DNA of 64,000 bases from Lobosporangium transversale (taxonomy: Eukaryota): the NCBI RefSeq assembly GCF_002105155.1, contig NW_019028982.1, positions 682,001-746,000 of the forward strand, in the 5' to 3' direction. Positions 17,030 to 29,553 of this stretch are shown in pieces. The first letter of the stretch is position 1. Each line of letters opens with the position of its first letter. The notes under the pieces are model-generated. The model was not told where the DNA came from, made no database searches, and saw nothing but the letters and a program-made list of their open reading frames with translations. The translations under genes and the position numbers were made by a program.

Positions 17030-17821
17030 TTTTATCCTTGCCGAAATTTAGGCTATGATTCGTCTATGAATCCTAGTTACAATACACTTCCTTTTTAGGA
17101 AACCAGATGACATTAAAAATTCAAGGGCAATAAAAAGCAGTCAGATCAAGATGTAGAAGTACGAAATGGATTTGAGTTTTGTTATGACTATATGCCCATG
17201 TATTAACAATTTTTTTTATTTTTTATTTTTTATTTTTTATAATAATGAGGAAAAAAAATAAAATAAAATAAAATGGGTTTATGAATATGTTCACGAGGGA
17301 GGGTAGGATGATATAAAAAAAGTGGGGGGGGGGGGGGGGAAGAGAATCTCGATCCTCTTACTGTTAACTGTTGTATGATAGACAGGTTCTTCTTTTGTCT
17401 GCCCACCTGTTCACCTGTTCACCTGTTCACCTAGGAAGTTTTTTTTTTTTTTTTTTTTTTCCTTTTATTGATGCGTATGTTTGCAGAGGAGTTAAAAGTA
17501 AGTGAAAAGAGGAGGACGCGTAAACTTTTTCCAGGTTTTAATGAAGTTACGCGTCCATGTATTTTTTTTGTATGTGTGTAAAAGAAAAAAAAAAAAAAAA
17601 AAAAATTACAGACACAAGAACACGAACATCATCTGTCTCACATGTGACACCTTGTTCCTTGAACAAATTGCTTGGTGCTTGTAAGATATAAAACCAATCT
17701 TTCTTTTGCTTTTTTTTTTTTCTTCTTTATTCTCTCCCTTCTTCTCGATACCAATCTATTTTTTTATTTTATCTTTTTTCTTTTATCAAGAACAAGAACA
17801 TCGATATCAATTATCATCATC

Positions 17822-17868
17822 ATGGCCTGTAAGTCCTCTTCTCCTTCCTTTCATTTTTTTTTTTTTTT

Positions 17869-17902
<34 letters not shown>

Positions 17903-18546
17903 AACAGCACCAATTATCCAATGCATTGATTCACATTCCTAGATATATCTCTGACTCGTTCATTGACGCTCTATGCTGCTTTTGCTCTCTCTATCATCGT
18001 GGCTGTTCATGCTGGTGATGTTTCGTCTGTTAACGAAAATGAAATTCATTTTGAATTATCTTTATGAATATTTATCCTTATCCCGTCCCTATGGCTGCTG
18101 TTGATGTTGATACGGATACGGGTGTGGATGTTGATGTTGATGTGAATGCACTGCTTCAACTAATATTGCTGCTGCTGTTCTCGCTGTTGCTGTTTTGTAG
18201 CCAACAACCCCTTCTCCGCTTCGGTCCTCCCTGTCGGTACTCAGAATCCGGGTGACAACGTCGCAAAGCCCTTGGCTGTTCCTCCCGGTAGTGCTCCCGA
18301 GAGCACTCCTAACAACTCAGAGAACTTGAAGCATGGTACCAACAAGATGATTGTTGTCTTCAAGCCCGAGACTCCTCATGAAGAGGTTGACAAAGCTGAG
18401 GAGGACATTCGCTCTCAGGGTAAGGGTTCCCTTTTGGTTTTTTTTTTTTTTTTTTTTAGTTTTGTTTGCTGGGAAATCATTTTTACATGTTGCAACCACG
18501 AATGACGCGAAGAAGAAAAGAGAACTCGTGAGAAAAAAAAGACAAG

Positions 18547-18579
<33 letters not shown>

Positions 18580-19052
18580 AGAGCGCATTTTTTTATTGAA
18601 ACGTGTCAGGGTCTTTGTGGGATTGTTTTTTTTTTATTTTTTATTGTAGTCTAAAGCATGACCTGCATCTGCGTTAGTGCGTTGCGTGTCTACAGTTTTT
18701 TTTTTACTTTACACCTCAACGCTTTTCCTCTTTCCCCCCAAAAAAACATTGTTTTGTTAATCATCCCATCATATGTCATGTCATACCCATCTCAACGCTA
18801 AAAGAATTCATAGCTCAATATCCCAGTCATTTGATTATCTAACCTCTTTTTTTTTTTTTTTTTTTTTTTCCCTTTTTTTTCCTTCTTCCTTTAGGTGGTA
18901 AAGTCACTCAGAGCTACAGGTCTGCCTTGTTAGGCTTTGCTGCTGAAATGCCCGACTTCCAGGTCCAAACATTGACGACCAATCCTAACCTTCACTATAT
19001 GGAGCCTGATGGTGAAGTCACTGCCTATGCTCAGTCACTTATTAGCAAGTAA
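17822..19052 (+). CDS. Stand-alone peptidase inhibitor I9 (subtilisin-propeptide-like) with predicted signal peptide; exons 17822-17828, 17943-18014, 18201-18419, 18895-19052
   Basis: Spliced product MAYISLTRSLTLYAAFALSIIVAVHA-ANNPF...KMIVVFKPETPHEEVDKAEEDIRSQG|GKVTQSYRSALLGFAAEMP...NPNLHYMEPDGEVTAY shows the I9 pattern (IV.FK, GG.V...Y, GF.A, Y.E.D..V). The 5' exons are inferred from splice signals. Confidence 0.85.
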
Positions 19053-19521
19053 AAAAAAAAAAAAAAAAAAAAGAAAACATGCTGGATATCCATCCCTCCT
19101 TCCTCTTTTTTCTTCCCTGCACAGATTTGTCTGTCAACAAGACATCGCTTCTTTTAACTACCTACTTTGGTAAACAAGAACTATGAAAAAAAAAATAAAA
19201 AAATAAAATAAATCTATGTTTGTTTATAAAAGAATAAGTAAAATAAAGAAACCTCTAGACTGTTTATTTTTTTACTGATGGGAAATGTTTAAATGTGTCT
19301 GGGCGAAGCATATCTTTTGACATGTTTTCATCTCTTATACCTGTCGCTTTGTATTTTTATTTTATTTTATTTTGTTTATTTTTTTTTTTAATAAGGCAAC
19401 TCTATACAAAAAAAATAAAAAAAAATAAAAAAAGGCTTAAATAAATGGAATGGATGGCTGTAAAAAAGGAGGTAGGGTATAACGGGATAGAGATGATAGT
19501 TGATGATGACTATGTTTCTTT

Positions 19522-20065
19522 CTAGCTCTTGGTACCATGACCAACTCGCAAGCCTAGAATCATCTTCATCGACGTCCAACGCCCAGATGAAGCCGCTGGC
19601 TTGCCACCGTTGCTATTGCCACCATTGCCGTTGTTATTATTATGATTATTACTACTACCATGGCCGTGGTGATCCATCGTCATCGATCTTCCCGAGCTAC
19701 CGTTTCCTTGACCTGGATCCATCAGAGGAGCCGACTTGATCGACATTTCAAGATCTGTTGCAGATGCAGATAGCACACTCACATTACTCATGCTCTGTGC
19801 ATACGCATGTCCACGTACATGACCATAAGGCCCACGATTCCGACCAGAGCCTTCGTGGTTGTTTTGTGAATAAACATCCAATCCACCATCTCCTGCTCTA
19901 GCCCCGTTCTCGTTCGTCGATGCCGCTTTACTCCTTTGAGAACTAGTCCTGGCCAAAAGTCGAAGTCCCGCTCCTACTCCAGTTCCTAATCCAGCCCTGT
20001 TCTCTGCAGCAGCAACAGGCTGTGGTGGGTGTGCCAAATCTTGTTGATACTGATACTGCTGCTGC

Positions 20066-20102
<37 letters not shown>

Positions 20103-21402
20103 GCTGGTTATTATAGAGCTGCTGATATTGTTGTTGAGCATACAGATCTGGCATCACTGGCGCATTGCTCGCATTTCCCTGTACATTCTTCCCATCAGAC
20201 ATTGACTCTTTGAGACAAGGACTGGATTTCGAAGACTTTAGATAATATGTGGGCGTAGGTCTCGACATCGCCACCGGTGCTGGTGTCGCTGCTATGACGG
20301 GCGAGGGAGGGACGGATGAGCTGGCGGTGGATAGGGACGTAGATGAAGAGGAGGTCGAGGGCGAATTAGAGGGTAAAGGGGAAAGTGAGGGCGAAGATGA
20401 AGGTGAGGGTGCCCTCACTACCCGAGCCTTCATAATCTGCTCATCCGAAGCAGATCGCTTATAGGGGTTCGTCTGCAGAACCGCTACGTGGACCGTGCTA
20501 GAGGGTGATCGAGACAATGTGGTCGTGGGCGTGGTAGAGTCTGTAGGGGAAAGAGACGTCTTTGACGGCGAAGGCGGTGGTGAGCTGGCGTGGTGTGATG
20601 CCGGGTTCAGAATAGGCCGGGGCAGTCCAATGATATTGGCCTCTGGAACTGACAGTGTTGTCGCAGTCATTGTCGGGGACACAGGGCTGAGACTTTGGTG
20701 ATGGTAGACATTGTTGCTGTCACTGAACGAGCGCTGGACAGATTTGGGTCGCTCTACTTGCAACGACGACGTTCTCTTGGAGATGAATGGCTTTGCCGGA
20801 AGTAGTGGTGGTGAAGTCGCTTGGTTCGGAGAGGCATTGGATAGTGGTGGCGAAAGTGAAGGCGATGCTGCTGTGGCCGATGGACTAGTGACAGGAGTAG
20901 GGGACAAGGGTGGTGACACTGAGAGAGTTGGTGGCGATGGACGGGGCCGTTCTAGTGAGGAGGCATTTGTATTGATGATGCTCATCCTGTTTGAGGCATT
21001 GGCATTATTACCATTGTTATTATTGTAATTGATAGGGGGTGGTATCTGACCCGTCTGTAACAAGGAAGAGCGCCTTCCAGGAAGGAGTGGTGCTTTGAGC
21101 TGAGCATTGGCGTTGGTCTTTCGGTTAGTGGTGTTCATGTTCATATTCAGGTTCTTGTTTTCTTGAAGAGTGTTGCTGCCTGTATTACTAATTCCACTGC
21201 CAATGCCATTGGTAGTGTTTCCCGTTGCATTCTGATGTGCACCATTATTGGATCCAGCAGCAACAACGGGGCCGTTAATTGTGATTTGAACATTGGTATT
21301 GTTGCTGCTGTTGGCCCGAGAAGCAGCGGTGGGATTTGGGGGCAAAGGCAGCTTACGGACAGGGTTAGTGGCAGTCCCTGCAGCTCCATTTCCATTTCCA
21401 GT

Positions 21403-21441
<39 letters not shown>

Positions 21442-22953
21442 CGTTCCTGCTCCTGTCCCAGTTATGGGTCTGTCCAGGCCATCGGTCTTGTTATTGTAGT
21501 TGGTTAGGGCGCTTCCTACGGAGCTCACGGACGAAGCACTGGATGTGGTCGAGACTGAGGAAAAGGATGATGAAGTAGATGACCTTGGCGAGGCCATGTA
21601 GGATGATCCGGATCCGGATCTGGGTCCTGATGAAGTCGAATCTGAAGAAGAAGAAGAAGAAGAGGCTGAAACAGTAGGTTCGAAAGAGTAGGCATTTGAA
21701 ACAGATGATAGTCCGGATGCGGCTGAGATGGATTTACGTTTGGATACTATTGGAGGAGAGCCTGGACCGGTAGAAGAGAGGGAGGAGGAGGAAGAGGTGG
21801 AGCTGGTGAAGAGTAGGTCCTCTTTACTAGGAAGGTCTACAGACCAGTTGACATCAAAGACGGTTGAGAGATAGGAATGTAGTGACTGAGGCAGTTCAGA
21901 AGACTTTGGTCGAGGTAATGCTTGTTTAGTCGTCAATGAAGAGGGCTCTTCTGATCGAGGAGACGAAGAAGAAGAAGAGGAAGGAGAAGAAGGAGAAGAA
22001 GGAGAAGACGGAGGGAGAACCAAGGATGGAGTAGTCGTGGGAGTAGCAGAGGATTTGTTGTTTGAGGTATTATTGTTATTATTGTTTGTGTAGTTGAGAA
22101 ACGGGTTGGTATTTTGTTTCTAAAGTAATAGAGTTTTTACAGGGACATTTTTTTTTTTAAACCATTTTCTTGAATGTTAATAATCCATGTATATAATCAG
22201 AAAATGCTTAGACGAGCAAAAAAAAAAAAAAAAAAAACTGTGTAACTTTGACAACAGAGCAAACAGAAACAATTTCAATTTGTTGTTATTTACCGTTGAA
22301 CTTGTGCTCTCAGCTTTTGCAGTGGATCGATTGGTGTTTGTATGGGCGCTATTGTTGTTTTTTCTGTCAGCTTTGGTTCTCTTATCGGTATCGTTATCGT
22401 TCAGGCCTGCAGCACTCAAGGTCCGTTCCATCCATCCGCTCTGCTCATCCTCTTTAATCAACAGGTCACTGTCATTTGCTGTGCCCTGAAGAGGATCGGA
22501 TGAGAGAAAGTCATCGGCTCCATAGCCAATCGAGGCCTGCATCTGCATCCAGTCATCCATCGTCGCAGTGGGTGGGCTGAGTTGGTAGAGCAATGTCAGG
22601 AAGTTCTTGACAAGGATACGACGATGGATAGAGAGGGATCGATTGGAGAACATGTCGTTGTTCAACTTTAGATTTGATAGTGAGACTAGTTGCATAGTAG
22701 ACATTTCTGTTGTTGTAGTGTTGGTTAAAGTGGTTATGATTGAAGAAGGTGTAGTAGTAGTAGCAGTAGTAGTAGTAGTGGTTGTTGTTGTTGGTGTCAT
22801 TGTAGGAGACGATGAGGAAGAAGAAGAGGAATCATGTGAAAGGTCTTGAAGAAGAGAAATATCCTCGAAAAAGGAATTGATTGAGGAAGTGGTGGAGGGG
22901 GAGGAGGTTGAGAAAGGACTTGCTGCAGGTGCAGAAAGCATGGCTGTTGACAT
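19522..22953 (-). CDS. Large Ser/Pro/Gln-rich disordered protein with N-terminal SERTA/IER-like motif; exons 22953-22294, 22119-19522
   Basis: A phase-0 GT-AG intron joins the two long ORFs in frame. Ordered islands: QLVSLSNLKL...SIHRRILVKNFLTLLY and ELPQSLHSYLSTVFDVNWSV. Confidence 0.75.
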
Positions 22954-24419
22954 GATTATTATTGAAGCTGTTGCAATAAAACTTTTTGGTGAAAAAGAGA
23001 AGAGAAGAGAAGAGAAAAGAAAGAAATGCTTAAAGTGAATGGGCCATCAGAAAAAAGAGAAAAAGAAAAGGAACGTCAATGAGAATGAGAATGAGAATGA
23101 GTGAGAGAGTGAGAGAGTGAGAGAGAGTAAGAGAGTAAGAGAGTGTGAGAGTAAGAGAGTAAGAGAGTGTGAGAGTGTGAGAGTGAGAAGAGAGAGAGTG
23201 TGTTAAAAAATAAAAAAAAAAAAAAGTAAAAAAAGGGTGAGAAGTTTGTTTGGAATCAAGCCAAGGAATAAAGGGGAAATATAATGGACAAGAAAGACTT
23301 TTCGAGGAAATGAAAAAGAAAAGGGCAAAAAGGGGAAGAAGAAAAAACGTTAAGACTTTTAGGATAAGAACACATCTACACACTAACAATTGCCATTTGC
23401 CATTTGCCATTTGCCATTTATAATATATACCATATATAATACCATTGACCATTGACCATTGACCATTGACCATTGACTATAAACATGTTGTAGAAAGATA
23501 TAGATATATTTACACACCATGCAACATTAATGCCATGCACTTTAATTGATTCATTCCATTTCCTTGATAAAATAGGGAATAGGGGGAAATAGGGCCACTT
23601 GGAGAAGAATAAGTTTTTTTTTTTTTTTTTTTTTTAAAATACATATTATATTATATACAATATTTATATATATATATATAAAAAGATCAGTGGTCAGTGG
23701 CACGCATTTAAACATTCAATTGAGAGCCCTGCTCTTTTCTTTTCTCTTCGTTTCTTTTTAACAAACTGTTACAGCTTAGTTAGTTAGTTAGTTAGTTACT
23801 GTACATGAATAAAGTTAGTTTTCTTTTTCTTGCGAATTGCTCTTCTCTATATAAAAAAATAAAAAAATAAAAAAATAAAAAAATAAAAAAATAAAAAAAT
23901 AAAAAAATAAAAAATTGTAAACATAATGCTCGTGTACAACATGCCCTAGCCCAGAATAAAAAGGAAACAAAGGCAGATGCAAAATATATACATTACAAAA
24001 TAAAAAAGGTAGAATATCAAAACATTCAAAGAGACAGATGTGGATGTGAATGGTGAATGTGGATGTATAATGTGTAATGTGTAATGTGTAATGTGTAATG
24101 TACACAGTGCAGTGTGTGTATGTGAGGATGTGAGCCTTATTCTTTTTTAATGCCTTAATGCTTTAATGCTTTAATGCTTTACTATAAATCATTGCCAATG
24201 CAATGTCAATGTCTATGCTAATGCTTCTAATCCACTGCTGTGAATGGGGCACTGTCCTTTCACTTTTCTGTTCTGTTCTTTATTTGTGGTACAATTACAA
24301 TCCATGGCATCCTTTTCCTTTTCCATTCCTTCACTTTTTCCTTTTTTCCTTTTCCTCTTTTCCCTTTTTCTCTTTTCCCTTTTCCCTTTTTCTTTCTTAC
24401 TCTCATTGCCCTGAGATCC

Positions 24420-24467
<48 letters not shown>

Positions 24468-24748
24468 CAAGACATGTGGGGGAGAGGAAAAAAAAAAAAA
24501 AAAGATAGAGATTTCTTTCTGTCATAGTACAGATTTCCAGGAATGTGAACAACTTGCAGGGCAAATTTAAACAAACCTCTGCATCTTTTTTAATTTTATG
24601 TCAAAAATATCTTTTCCCCCCCCTTTTTTAACGTCTATGCAATCTACGATTTATTTCATTTACTCATCCCTATTTTCATCTCCACATTCTTTATCTTTGA
24701 TCTTTTTTTTTTTTTTTCTTTTTTTTACTTCCTTGTTTGCTTTCTTCC

Positions 24749-26195
24749 TTATGTAAAGCCCGAGAAACTACTCTTCAATTCAATCTTCACCCGGTCACGT
24801 TCACGCGCAAGACGCTCTTGTTCTCGTTGTTCTCTCTCCCGTTGCTTTTGTTGTTGCTGTTGTTGCTCCAATACACTCTGTCGGATTGCATTCTCCAGTC
24901 GCGTTCTCCGCTCCACGGACAATCTCGATACTCCATATCGGAATTCCGTCGGATACTGTGTTCCCAGCCCAAGCAAATGATTCAATCCTAATGTGTGTAC
25001 CCCCTGAGCTCTTGAACCTGTCGATCCTACCATCTCCACATTCACGTCCTGTAACAAAGGCACCAATGTTGACATGATGATCGAAATCATTCCTGGCCGT
25101 GCTGTCTCAGAAGAGGCTACCGCAAGACTCTTCAATGTCTGAATACCCTCTTCAATCACCTGCATTCCCACTCCATTCTTATCATCCTTTGATCCTGAAG
25201 GACTAGATGATCCTCCCGATGTCTGACTTGTCGTCGCCGTCGTCGTCGTCGTCGTTGCTGATTCTTGAGCTGCTCTCACAACAATCGTTGTTACCACAAA
25301 TGGAACCAACTCTCGCATAAATAGTCGCGCACGTGCCTTGCCCGCTGTCATTTTAGCTTTGTCTGTTAACTCTGAGCTCGCACTCATGCCACTACTGGCG
25401 CTCTCAATCAATATCACCCCCTTCAAGCACTGGTACCCCACTGTTACAATCTAATCCATCCCATTCAAGAGAAAAGCCAAGTTGAAAAGTTTAAAAAAGT
25501 AAAGTAAAATAAATCTATTAGTCTCTCTCTCTATCTTTTTTTTTTTTTTTTTTTTTTTTTTCATATATCGATGTATTAAATATACATGACATGCGTAAAT
25601 GGAGTTTTAAATATAGCTATTTTTTTTTTTTTTTTTTTTTTTTTGTTTGTTCGCTTACCTTGCTGATATTACTCTCAATACTACTCGTCACCAGCCGCTC
25701 AAACTGGTCAAGGAACGGCTTTCTGATTCTGACCCCCGTACAGCTGGTCAGCACCAGCATCATGCCCAACAGTCCATTACACCATTCTGTAATCTCCACA
25801 GGCGACACATCCATCTCAGAGTCCATCTCTGGCTCACGACTCTTGTCCAAAACATCCGTCACTGATGTGGTCTCCAAATTGAATCCCATGCTCTCAGTCA
25901 TCGACATTGCTACACCTGGCTTTCCCGGTGCAAACGCCGCTTGCTTCTTCAAGATCGCTCCCATCGCTCCATTTAGTATCAACTCTAAAAATTTACCATC
26001 CAATTCACTAATGCTCTTATTCAGGGACTCCATCACCGACTTGATGTTCATCAGCACATGGGGCCCGAGCTCTGTTTGGAATGCAGGGTCACGTAGCACA
26101 CCTAGTATGGAAATTTATCCGTTAAAATCATCAAATTATCCGTTAAAAAAAGATACATGCCAATTAATAAAACAATAAACTAAATCATACATATA

Positions 26196-26226
<31 letters not shown>

Positions 26227-29200
26227 AAAAAATAAAAATAAAAATAAAAAATAAAAAATAAAACGAAAAGAAAGAAAAGAAAGAAAAGAAAGCAAACTTC
26301 AAAAAAAAAAAAAAAAATAAAATAAAATAAAATAAAATAAAAAATGGGGTATCAATCAATACATACCAATCAGGACATTAAGTGTAACAGCTGCCAAATG
26401 CAATTGATACTTTGCTGGTGCTACCTTCACTAGCATCGCCAACATCTCCGTCACCTTGCTCAGCAACGCCACCGTCTCTGGTGTGGTCTTCTGGCTCGCC
26501 CGGCCCCCTATCGACTTGAATGACTTGATCGACTTTATGTTCGAACTGCCACATTTTTGAATATAAAGCTCCACCAACAGTTGAACAATCGATCTCAATC
26601 GACTGCCCGGTAATGCCGAAATATCCTCAGACCTAGACTCTTTCAGCCCACTATCCGTCAATTCCCCATTGGAGGAGCCAGCTTCATCCTCCCTTCCTTC
26701 TTCCTCCGTATCCTCATCCTCATCCTCGTCCTCTACAAACAGCAGCTCTTTGCCGTATCCCTGAATCACCGTCGAGATCACACCAACAACCAACCCTTGG
26801 ACACGGCTTCCTTCCATCCATGCAACACGCTCCAAAATGGCCATCATCTCCAAAAACACACGGCTCAAGAACGATTCCTCAATATACATCGGGTTCAACA
26901 GTGAGTGTAGCGCACTGAGGCATCCCTGCAACGCCGCATCATTCGCTGCAACATTCAGGTTCGCTGAACTCTGGCCGATAGTCGAGCCTGCCGATGATGT
27001 CTTTGCCAGGATTTCCAGACAGAGGCCGAAAATCACATGAATCAATCGAAGAGCTCCTCTCTTAGGTTTGGCTTTAGCACTCTTGGCAACGACTAAGTTT
27101 GGAGCTTCAGCTGAAGAATCAGATGAACCCAAGGCATCAGTGGTATCTTTTTGGGTCCCTTCGTCTGAAGATGCACCTTCTACCTTACTCTCTTTCTCGG
27201 TCGTTGCCGTCGTCGTCGTCGTCGTTGTTGTTGTTGTTGTGGCAATTTCAGGGCTTGTAATTCTCATGAGCGCCTGAATCATATGCTCGTTCTTCTCATT
27301 TACAAGTGAGGATACCGCGCCCAGGATCTTGAGCGTCGAAGTCTGGTCAAACTATAACACCAGAGAATAAAACAAAGAGCCAAATAAGAATTAGAGCCAA
27401 CAATAAATAAACGATAATAATCAGTTGATAATTTCGATTAAGCTTTGCAGTCAAATGACGTCGTTGACATACATTCTTCTCAGAACCCTTGCTTGAATCA
27501 GTATAGTTGGCATCGAATAGACCTGCAGAGCTTGTGGTACTGCTCGCAGAGACAGACCCTGCCAATGCTATCTCGGATTCCACACGAGATCTCGCGTATT
27601 CTTCAAGCGCATTAGCCCAAAGCTTGCAGAGTTCCTCTAGATTAGGCTTCAATACCGCCACCAAATACTGGCGATGGACACTGGCAACCTGTAGCTCCGC
27701 CCAAGCGTTCAACACCGCCCACTTGATCATCTGTGATGCGTGTGGCGTCAGGTCCGTCACATCTCCGACAGCCGTCAACCGTTTGTCCTCTTTACATTTT
27801 TCAAGTGCTCCAATCAATAGCTTCAGTACTCGTCCAAATCGATCCACTTCTTGAATAATCCCACTTCCAACATACACTGCACATACTTTGACACCCAAGG
27901 AAACTACTTCTGGCGTACTCTCTGCTGTAAATGCTGGTGTCAATGCAGCTCCAATTTGTGCTTGGTATTGTTCCAGTAGAGGACTGTCTGGGACCTCTGG
28001 ATCTGCTGTAGATTGGAATTTTTCGATTGTTTGGCGTAGGAGTAGTAATCCTTCCATACGAATCTCTTGAATAGGCGTCGAGGCTGCATACACAGTCATC
28101 TTGATCAGGTCTGCCACCTTTAGGACCAGGAAATCTGCTCCAAAGTTCTTCTTTTTCCGACGAGCGACTGCAAGGTCGAAATGATCCGCAATGCCACTCG
28201 TTGCCACCACATCAATCACCTGACGGATGCACTCTAACGCAAAGATACGAGTCCTCCAACGGGGCGGAAGTGCTGGGGCGGCCTTGACAGATAGCTCAGT
28301 GACAATAGTTATCACAGGCTCTGAAACCGGCTTTTGAGCTGGAGTGGATGGTTGTGCTGCTTTCTGAGTAGGTTTGGAAACATCAAACATGTTCTGGCCA
28401 TCATCATCGTCATCAACACGTTCTTCTTCCGTTTCAGCAGGTTGATTGACCTTGGGAGTACTGCCATCGACGACCGGATTAACATTATTCTCCTGGCCTT
28501 CATCAATAGCAGTTCTAGATAATACTTTTCGGCAGATATCAATCCATTGACTAGGCTGCTCCAGAGCCGTTTGGGTGATCCAACTGCGTACCACATCTTT
28601 GACGTCTTGGAGTGTAGGGTCCGTGTCTAGGAGCTTGAAAAATTGGTCATCCAAACCGCCCATGGAATGTTGGAAGACTGATTTAACATCCCGCTGCACC
28701 AGCTGATACATGCATGTTATGGCTGCCTTCTTCAGGCTCAGACCTGTGCTACGACGTAGGCGAGCCTGTAGGAATGGTACCAACGTCGACATGTCCACTA
28801 GCAGAGGCGCAAACATGATCAAGTGCTGTGTGCATCGGATACCCTGTACAATCACAAACTCATCGTCCTCGTTTCGAAGTTCCTCCACAAGGCTCACGCA
28901 CAACTCTCGCACTTTAGCAGACGACTGCAATTCTGGCCCTAATATGCCAATGAGTCCATAGATGATCCTGCCCATTTCGTGGTATACAGAAAGCTCGGAT
29001 TGCATTGCAATATTGGCTGTAGCAATTGATCCGGCACCTGCAGGCTCATGTGATTCTGCCAAGTACACTGTTGCAACGTTGGTCAATGTACTGGACACAT
29101 ATGGGCTAAACATCAAGCCTGCACTTGAAATCGTCAATGCTAAAGAATGCAATGACCATTTATGGACGATCGGGTGAGGGTCTCGGCTCAGCGAGGTCAG

Positions 29201-29521
29201 GTATTCGACCACGGACCTCAAGTGGCCTCCAGCCATCATCCCACCCAAATACGAAAACACATTTCCGAGAGCAAGAGCATATCCTGCTCGGGCATCAGGG
29301 TCACGATTTGCTACTACCTGATCCATGAGATACTTGATTTGGTTCGTGATCGTCATGCTTCCAAGTATACTTGTCAATCGGCCAAGAGCTTCACATGCCA
29401 CAAAGCGGATGTACGGATCCGAATGTACAATGGAATCCTGGGATATCAAATTAGGAAAAAAAAAAAAAAAAAAGAGACGTAATTAAAATTTTGTTATACC
29501 AACTTTCATTTTCCTACAAAG

Positions 29522-29553
<32 letters not shown>

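Noticed and set aside
23390..23478. (TGCCATT)n and (CCATTGA)n heptamer runs
   Set aside because: Ordinary slippage microsatellites, like many others in the window.
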